Source: a virus
IMG/VR virus record: IMGVR_UViG_3300025645_000002
Location: 6,742 to 70,741 of that record
Reading direction: 5' to 3' (one strand)
DNA: 64,000 nucleotides
Position 1 is the stretch's first letter; every line of letters starts with the position of its first letter. A program made the position numbers and the translations under genes. Positions 58,583 to 64,000 of this stretch are shown here, piece after piece. The notes under the pieces are model-generated. The model had not been told where the DNA came from and did no database searches. It saw nothing but the letters and a program-made list of their open reading frames with translations.

Positions 58583-59113
58583 ATGAAACTCTTCATCTCA
58601 ATCATCACCCTCTTCCTCATCTCTCTGACTCCAGCCACTGCAGAGAACCAAAGCCTTTACAGCGACGGTATCTGGCAGGTCACTCTCTCGATCGACGATA
58701 CAACCCGAGATCTCGAATGCACAGTTTTCGCCACACCCGGTGAAGATGGCAGCTGGTTTGCTATGAGCGTGGACTCGGACGACTGGTACAAAACTGCTTT
58801 TGCAATGAGTACAGCCATCTTCCCCAAGGACCCTGCCAACACACTTCTCACTGTGTACGTGGATCAGAAACGCTGGGACCTTACTGACGGAGTGATGGAA
58901 GCCATCCCAAGCTCCGGCGTCTTCTACATCATCGATACAGGCTACGGCACGTCTGCCGTCACCCGTGACTGGATCAACGATCTCATCAAAGGTCGCTTCC
59001 TCCTGATCAACAGCAGCAATTCCGCAGGACCTCTCCTGTATCTGTCGCTTGCTGGCAGTTCAGCTGCAATCACTGCTCTGGATAACTGCCGCCAAATGAT
59101 CAGCTCTCGCTGA
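58583..59113 (+). CDS. Secreted/periplasmic protein
   Basis: Sec signal peptide ending ATA; C-terminal SLAGSSAAITALDNC. Confidence 0.65.
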   Translation: MKLFISIITLFLISLTPATAENQSLYSDGIWQVTLSIDDTTRDLECTVFATPGEDGSWFAMSVDSDDWYKTAFAMSTAIFPKDPANTLLTVYVDQKRWDLTDGVMEAIPSSGVFYIIDTGYGTSAVTRDWINDLIKGRFLLINSSNSAGPLLYLSLAGSSAAITALDNCRQMISSR

Positions 59114-59127
59114 AAGGAGCCAGGATT

Positions 59128-59574
59128 ATGACTGATTTTACGCTTTCATTCACCGAAGACTACGACGACATCACCGACGAAATCTGCGAAGAAATGGAGC
59201 GCAATCACTGGAATGGCAAAGGGCACATCGAGTTCTTTGTCATCCAAAACGTCGCAAAACAAAGACTCTTCGAGATTGAAGTTGTCGACTATTCAGGCTG
59301 CGCAGGTGGCCTGAACGAAACGATCGGTATCGAATACATGATCGATGAATGGGGACTTCCTAGCGAGCTCCGCGAAGGCGTCACCTACACCATCCACAAT
59401 CTTGAAGTCACTTGGACTCGCGGGGAATGGGGCTTTACTGATGATGACGTCGAATACGAATTCACCCACATGACCTCTCACGCAACCGCACTCGGCTACC
59501 TGTCTCACAAGATCCGCATGATCTGGTGGAGAAAGGTCTGGTGCCACATCTCTCAATGGAGAAAACCCAAATGA
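59128..59574 (+). CDS. Hypothetical protein
   Basis: RBS present; in operon. Confidence 0.6.
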   Translation: MTDFTLSFTEDYDDITDEICEEMERNHWNGKGHIEFFVIQNVAKQRLFEIEVVDYSGCAGGLNETIGIEYMIDEWGLPSELREGVTYTIHNLEVTWTRGEWGFTDDDVEYEFTHMTSHATALGYLSHKIRMIWWRKVWCHISQWRKPK

Positions 59575-59990
59575 CAGACAAACCCACCAAGCTAGGCGGC
59601 ACTGTCTCAGGACGGTTTACAAAACGGCATCCCGAGCTTCAAGAAATCTACGCCGATGATGTTGAGCCCGAAGGGAGCAACACGCTCTCACTCCAACAAC
59701 TCAATGCAATGAAACTTCTATTGGAAGCAAATTACTCAGACATTGAGTTAAAAACCTACCCCACTATGTCTTTCGACATCTCGCGCGGCTCAGATCACAG
59801 CGTAGGTGTGATCCGCCAAGGCACCCGCTTCCATTTTGTCTATTTTGATGAAGCCCATTACATCAAAGAACCCCTAGACGACAAAGAGAAAGACTGGAAA
59901 CGCACCAGGTTCTCCCAGGACTCCTCCTCATCAACCCCCAGCAAAGCAAAACGTGCTGCGCTCAGAGCCAAGAGAAAGAAACGCAAATGA
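59571..59990 (+). CDS. Hypothetical protein
   Basis: ATGA overlaps at both ends; basic C-terminus. Confidence 0.55.
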   Translation: MTDKPTKLGGTVSGRFTKRHPELQEIYADDVEPEGSNTLSLQQLNAMKLLLEANYSDIELKTYPTMSFDISRGSDHSVGVIRQGTRFHFVYFDEAHYIKEPLDDKEKDWKRTRFSQDSSSSTPSKAKRAALRAKRKKRK

Positions 59991-60538
59991 CCAAGAACTA
60001 TGCCGGCATTGGTGCCCGAACAACGCCACCAGACATCTGCGAGATCCTCACCAGTGTCGCAGCAAACCTGCAAGACTTCGGCTGGACCCTCCGCACTGGC
60101 GGGGCCCAAGGCGCAGATCTTGCATTCTTCCAAGGGATCTCTGATCTTGATTTCGTCGAGATCTCCATCCCATGGGAAGGCTTTCAGGGATTCACCTCCC
60201 AAGACAAGCCAGTCACCAACCTCAACGCCATGGCTCCATCTCTCAAGAGCGCTGCATTCGCCTTAGCTGAAGAGCATCACCCGAACTGGGAAGCTCTCTC
60301 AGAAGGCGGCCAGTCGCTCATGGCGCGCAACTCGTTGCAGATCTTCGGCCTCGATCTCGAAACACCTGTCGATTGCGTCATCTGCTGGACCCCAAAAGGA
60401 GAAATCGTAGGCGGCACAGGACAGGCGCTTCGCATGGCCAAAGCCCACGACATCCCTGTCATCAACCTTGGTTCCCTCACTCTTGAGGAAGCTGAGACAA
60501 TCATCGCCGGTCTCCTCGAAGAGGAGTCGCCATTCTAG
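59987..60538 (+). CDS. SLOG/DprA-like nucleotide-binding protein
   Basis: YAGIGAR, LRTGGAQGAD, ARN, GGTGQA..A....IPVINL. Confidence 0.72.
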   Translation: MTKNYAGIGARTTPPDICEILTSVAANLQDFGWTLRTGGAQGADLAFFQGISDLDFVEISIPWEGFQGFTSQDKPVTNLNAMAPSLKSAAFALAEEHHPNWEALSEGGQSLMARNSLQIFGLDLETPVDCVICWTPKGEIVGGTGQALRMAKAHDIPVINLGSLTLEEAETIIAGLLEEESPF

Positions 60539-60547
60539 GAGCCAAAT

Positions 60548-60877
60548 ATGCAAGTCTCTACGCTTCCAGGCATCGATACCGAGCTTTGGCCTGCAGATTA
60601 CGAAACCTGTCTCGAGTTAGGGACAGGAAAACCAAACCGCATTGCCCGTAACTATGTCCGCGATAAGGCAGACCAGTACGGATATTTCCGGCGAATGGAC
60701 CTACTTCCCCTCATTGAAATGTATAATCAAATCATCCTTTTCGATGTCTGGGAGCCTGTGCTCATTCCCCCAGAACACCTTACCGCCAGAGAGTCCCAAG
60801 CCCTTGTCCGATTAGCAAAGGAGGAACTCCTCGCCTTCCTCAGAACATCCCGCTTCATCAGATTCAAACTCTCATAG
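60548..60877 (+). CDS. Hypothetical protein
   Basis: AGGAG RBS. Confidence 0.6.
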   Translation: MQVSTLPGIDTELWPADYETCLELGTGKPNRIARNYVRDKADQYGYFRRMDLLPLIEMYNQIILFDVWEPVLIPPEHLTARESQALVRLAKEELLAFLRTSRFIRFKLS

Positions 60878-60887
60878 GAGAACCAAA

Positions 60888-61067
60888 ATGCCTAAATATG
60901 TTGTCACGGCCTCAGAAGTCACATTCTACCGGGCCACAGTCGTAGGCTTCACCAAAGAGCAAATCGCACAAGCCTTCGAAGAAGATGACGCAATGCTCAC
61001 TCTCGGTCTCGAAGAATACGACGGTGAAGCGCTGCAAATCGTCAACGTCGTAGAGCTTGCCTCATGA
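60888..61067 (+). CDS. Hypothetical protein (59 aa)
   Basis: Hand-translated MPKYVVTASEV...; AGGAG RBS; ATGA overlap. Confidence 0.55.
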   Translation: MPKYVVTASEVTFYRATVVGFTKEQIAQAFEEDDAMLTLGLEEYDGEALQIVNVVELAS

Positions 61068-61294
61068 GCCTATTCTCTCGCATCCTCAAAAAGCTCCGGC
61101 GCCGCACACGCCAGAAAGGCGTTGTTGCGGCTGCCATGGCCAGACCCGGTCGAAACTACCACGGAGTCACCGCCCAACAGTTATGGGAGCGGTCATTCAT
61201 GTTCCGCGAAACCCCTGCCCTCAAAGCAGGAATGAAACGGCGTATCGCTCGCGAAAGAGCAGCCCGCAAATCCCGTAAATTCAAATTCTTCTAG
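61064..61294 (+). CDS. Basic hypothetical protein
   Basis: Arg/Lys-rich; translationally coupled. Confidence 0.55.
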   Translation: MSLFSRILKKLRRRTRQKGVVAAAMARPGRNYHGVTAQQLWERSFMFRETPALKAGMKRRIARERAARKSRKFKFF

Positions 61295-61304
61295 GAGCCA
61301 TCAC

Positions 61305-62546
61305 ATGCAAAAGTTCACATCTCTCGAATATCTCAAGATCGACATTGCCAGCAACTTCGGCCTCAACAAGAAAGATTGGGACGAGCGTATTGCTTGGTTC
61401 GATGAACACGAAGGCACACTCGCCACCCTTGCAAACATGCAAGCCTCTGCTCTCAAAATACATCCTGTCATGAAAGCCGCAGCCGAGCCTGCCCTGTTCT
61501 ATGCAGGCATCCAGGCCTATGCTGTGGCCCTCTCTGGGGGTGATATCGGATACCCTATCAGCCTTGATGCAACAGCCTCTGGCGCGCAGATCCTCTCCGT
61601 CCTCATTGGGTGCGGGAAGAGCGCCTCTAACTGTAACGTCGTCGACTCCGGCAAACGTGAAGACCTCTACAAAAACATCCATGAGGGAATGGAAACCCGC
61701 ATGGGGACAGAGTCCGGTGTCATCGCAATGGACGCTATCAAGCAAGCCATAATGACTTCACTCTACGGCTCAGAGAAAGAGCCCAAGAACGTCTTCGGTG
61801 AAGGAGAGCAGCTCGCCTGCTTCTACCAAACCATGGAAGAAGAAGTCCCGGGCATCTGGGAGCTCAATACAGAGATGCTCTCTCTCTGGCAGCCTGAAGC
61901 CTTCAGCCACGACTGGGTGCTTCCCGACAACTTCCACACCAAGAACAAAGTGATGGGAAAACGTCAGGAACACACGCAATTCTTCAATGCACCGATCGAG
62001 GTCACAACAGCCGTCAACGAGCCACAAGAGAAAGGCCGGTCTATGGGTGCCAACATCACCCACTCTATTGATGGTATGATTGTTCGTGAGATGTCACGCC
62101 GTGGCACATACGATCCGCTGAAGGTCAAGGAACTCCTCCTCCTCATCAGCACTGGCTCCAAGTCACGCCCACATCGTATTCGTGCCCAAGACGAACTCGT
62201 TGAAATCCTGTGGGCTCACTACAAACGGACAGGCTTCTTGTCTGCCCGTATCATCAATACCCTTGATGCAGACAACATCGGTATGATCGACAGCGGAAAG
62301 CTCCTCACCTTATTGGAGTCGCTTCCAAAGTCATCATTCGAAATTATGTCTGTCCACGATTGCTTCCGTTGCCACCCAAACTACGGCAACGACTTGCGTC
62401 AGCAATACGCAAACATCCTTGCCGATCTCAACGACAGTACCATTCTGGCCGATATTGCGAGCCAAATGTTGCGTGAAGAGATTGTCATCGAGAAGCGTGG
62501 TCTGCATTCTGACCACATTCGCAACGCCAACTACCAACTGAGCTAA
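61305..62546 (+). CDS. RNA polymerase II subunit 2 (gp16-like)
   Basis: LDATASGAQ, KQAIMTSLYGS, NITHSIDG, VHDCF (T7-like motifs). Confidence 0.92.
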   Translation: MQKFTSLEYLKIDIASNFGLNKKDWDERIAWFDEHEGTLATLANMQASALKIHPVMKAAAEPALFYAGIQAYAVALSGGDIGYPISLDATASGAQILSVLIGCGKSASNCNVVDSGKREDLYKNIHEGMETRMGTESGVIAMDAIKQAIMTSLYGSEKEPKNVFGEGEQLACFYQTMEEEVPGIWELNTEMLSLWQPEAFSHDWVLPDNFHTKNKVMGKRQEHTQFFNAPIEVTTAVNEPQEKGRSMGANITHSIDGMIVREMSRRGTYDPLKVKELLLLISTGSKSRPHRIRAQDELVEILWAHYKRTGFLSARIINTLDADNIGMIDSGKLLTLLESLPKSSFEIMSVHDCFRCHPNYGNDLRQQYANILADLNDSTILADIASQMLREEIVIEKRGLHSDHIRNANYQLS

Positions 62547-62553
62547 CGCTCAC

Positions 62554-62588
62554 ATACCCCTGTCTTCGGACAGGGGTATCCTTTTTTT
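62554..62588 (+). terminator. Intrinsic terminator (UUCG loop)
   Basis: ATACCCCTGTC-TTCG-GACAGGGGTAT followed by a T-run. Confidence 0.85.
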
Positions 62589-62684
62589 CCCTCTCCGCAA
62601 CTCACTTGGAAATACTCCCCAGATCTTTTTCTTGGGGACAGTTTTCCTGTGCCATCCACTCACCTCAAACCAAATGGAAATTCA

Positions 62685-62837
62685 ATGCCCACTCAACCAA
62701 CACAACCCGCACAAGTTGCCGACCTACGAGAGGTCTACGGCCCTTGGCTCGAAGACGATCAACCTCAATGGGCAGCAACTTGCCCGCCTTGCAACAACAA
62801 CTGCAATCAAGGGCGTACCTGCCCTGCTCGTCGTTAA
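62685..62837 (+). CDS. Small Cys-rich peptide
   Basis: CPPCNNNCNQGRTC motif. Confidence 0.45.
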   Translation: MPTQPTQPAQVADLREVYGPWLEDDQPQWAATCPPCNNNCNQGRTCPARR

Positions 62838-62842
62838 TTCAG

Positions 62843-63064
62843 ATGCAGGCCCATGACCCCCAACGGCACGCGCCGCCGCATATGTGGACTACGCATGATG
62901 GTCTGGTTCTGATCGAAGACCTCCCTGACGAGTATCTCCTCAATGCATACAAAACCTGTATGCGCCACGACAATCCCAAAGCTGACGACCTCTTCTATGA
63001 GATCGAAGACAGACATCTGGCTTACCGGCTTCGAACCAAGGTAAAGTCCCATGGCACATCCTGA
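62843..63064 (+). CDS. Hypothetical protein
   Basis: WTTHDG..LIEDL.DEYLLN pattern. Confidence 0.55.
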   Translation: MQAHDPQRHAPPHMWTTHDGLVLIEDLPDEYLLNAYKTCMRHDNPKADDLFYEIEDRHLAYRLRTKVKSHGTS

Positions 63065-63272
63065 TCCCTGCTGGCGCTCTGGTGCCATCTACCGCTGCTG
63101 CAAACGCTACGATATGCCCCGGCCTGTCGCATTCCAGCACCTTGCTCAAAATCTACGCAGAGGGGGAGATACTCCCAAAACTGCATGCTACTTCGCCGAG
63201 CGCCTCCTTGAAATCTGGGACAGCTATGGCGCCATGTCCGAAGTCAACAAAAGCTTCAGGAGCCAGCCATGA
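63051..63272 (+). CDS. Hypothetical protein
   Basis: Overlapping operon arrangement. Confidence 0.5.
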   Translation: MAHPDPCWRSGAIYRCCKRYDMPRPVAFQHLAQNLRRGGDTPKTACYFAERLLEIWDSYGAMSEVNKSFRSQP

Positions 63273-63574
63273 CAAAATGGATCATCCCTCAATTCATCTC
63301 CCGTGCAAATCACGAAGCATACACTGCCGATTATATCGCTGCTCTTACAGAGGCTGAAGAAATGACCTCTCTAGCGCAGCTTCACATCACTAAAATTGAG
63401 GCGCAACTTACAATTGCTCTGTCTGGTCTGCATGAATGTGAGCAGGAAATAGACGATTACATTAGGCAGGAATACCCACACGATCACCCTGTCCAAGAGC
63501 GATACAGGCAGCGCGACTTCTTATCTAACCCTGCCCGTGTCACCCTCACAGAACTTAAAGGAACAGACCAATGA
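63269..63574 (+). CDS. Hypothetical protein
   Basis: AGGAG RBS, ATGA overlaps. Confidence 0.55.
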   Translation: MTKWIIPQFISRANHEAYTADYIAALTEAEEMTSLAQLHITKIEAQLTIALSGLHECEQEIDDYIRQEYPHDHPVQERYRQRDFLSNPARVTLTELKGTDQ

Positions 63575-63879
63575 ACAATGAAACCCTACGCGATAAGATT
63601 GCGTCCTGTGTACGTGATTATGATGGGTACAATGGAAACTCGTCGGAGGTGTCCGACGATATCCTAGCCACCATCAAAACGAGTGTGCCGCCGTTAATTT
63701 GGGCGCGCAACGGCGTTCATTGGGCGGGCGGTAATGGGTATGTGATCCGCAAGATTGGGTCTCAGTACACGCTGACAATCCGCAACCAGAACGAGCGCCA
63801 GTTTGAAACCCTCGAAGCCGCCCAAGCCGCAGCCCAATCGCACCACGTCGCGCAACGCACAGGATGGATGATGAAATGA
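63571..63879 (+). CDS. Hypothetical protein
   Basis: AAGGA RBS, ATGA overlaps. Confidence 0.55.
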   Translation: MNNETLRDKIASCVRDYDGYNGNSSEVSDDILATIKTSVPPLIWARNGVHWAGGNGYVIRKIGSQYTLTIRNQNERQFETLEAAQAAAQSHHVAQRTGWMMK

Positions 63880-64000
63880 CCAATAAAAACGAAGCGCCGG
63901 AAGACGGTTATTTAATCCGCAAGAGTGGTGTTTTCTATCGCCCTGATAGCTGCGGATATACCAGAGCAAAAGCAGAAGCGGGGCGTTATAGCTTGAAAGA
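63876..64000 (+). CDS. Hypothetical protein (truncated by the window end)
   Basis: MTNKNEAPEDGYLIRKSGVFYRPDSCGYT... Confidence 0.5.
   Translation, partial: MTNKNEAPEDGYLIRKSGVFYRPDSCGYTRAKAEAGRYSLK

Larger units (their letters stand above)
1..64000. mobile_element. N4-like (Schitoviridae) phage genome carrying a plasmid replicon (putative phage-plasmid)
   Basis: Giant vRNAP, split RNAP II, N4-type replication and structural synteny; rep/par module at 7.6-9.9 kb; no host chromosomal genes seen. Confidence 0.95.

Noticed and set aside
1-64000. Integrase, protelomerase or reverse transcriptase
   Set aside because: None recognisable in this window; part of the genome lies outside it

Overview
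This window holds most of an N4-like (Schitoviridae-type) phage genome, circularly permuted. The probable host is a Rhodobacteraceae/roseobacter bacterium, inferred from the replicase type. Hallmark N4 modules are present: a 3522-aa virion RNA polymerase, the two-subunit RNAP II with a gp2/Drc-like activator, helicase, DNA polymerase, primase, SSB, capsid, portal and terminase. Between the dCTP deaminase and the helicase sits an apparently complete iteron plasmid replicon: a Rep_3/RepB-type initiator, 21-22-bp-spaced iterons, an inverted iteron in the rep promoter, and ParA plus an RHH adaptor. It is preceded by a ~300-nt highly structured, GNRA-rich putative ncRNA. Together these suggest an N4-like phage-plasmid. 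Other signals are four vRNAP hairpin promoters with a non-canonical loop, genome-wide pentamer arrays, T-loop hairpins before the middle operons, a DNA polymerase split by an Nmad5-like gene, and anti-defence candidates (Acb2/Tad1-like, NADAR). All calls were made by eye from motifs; no database searches were run.
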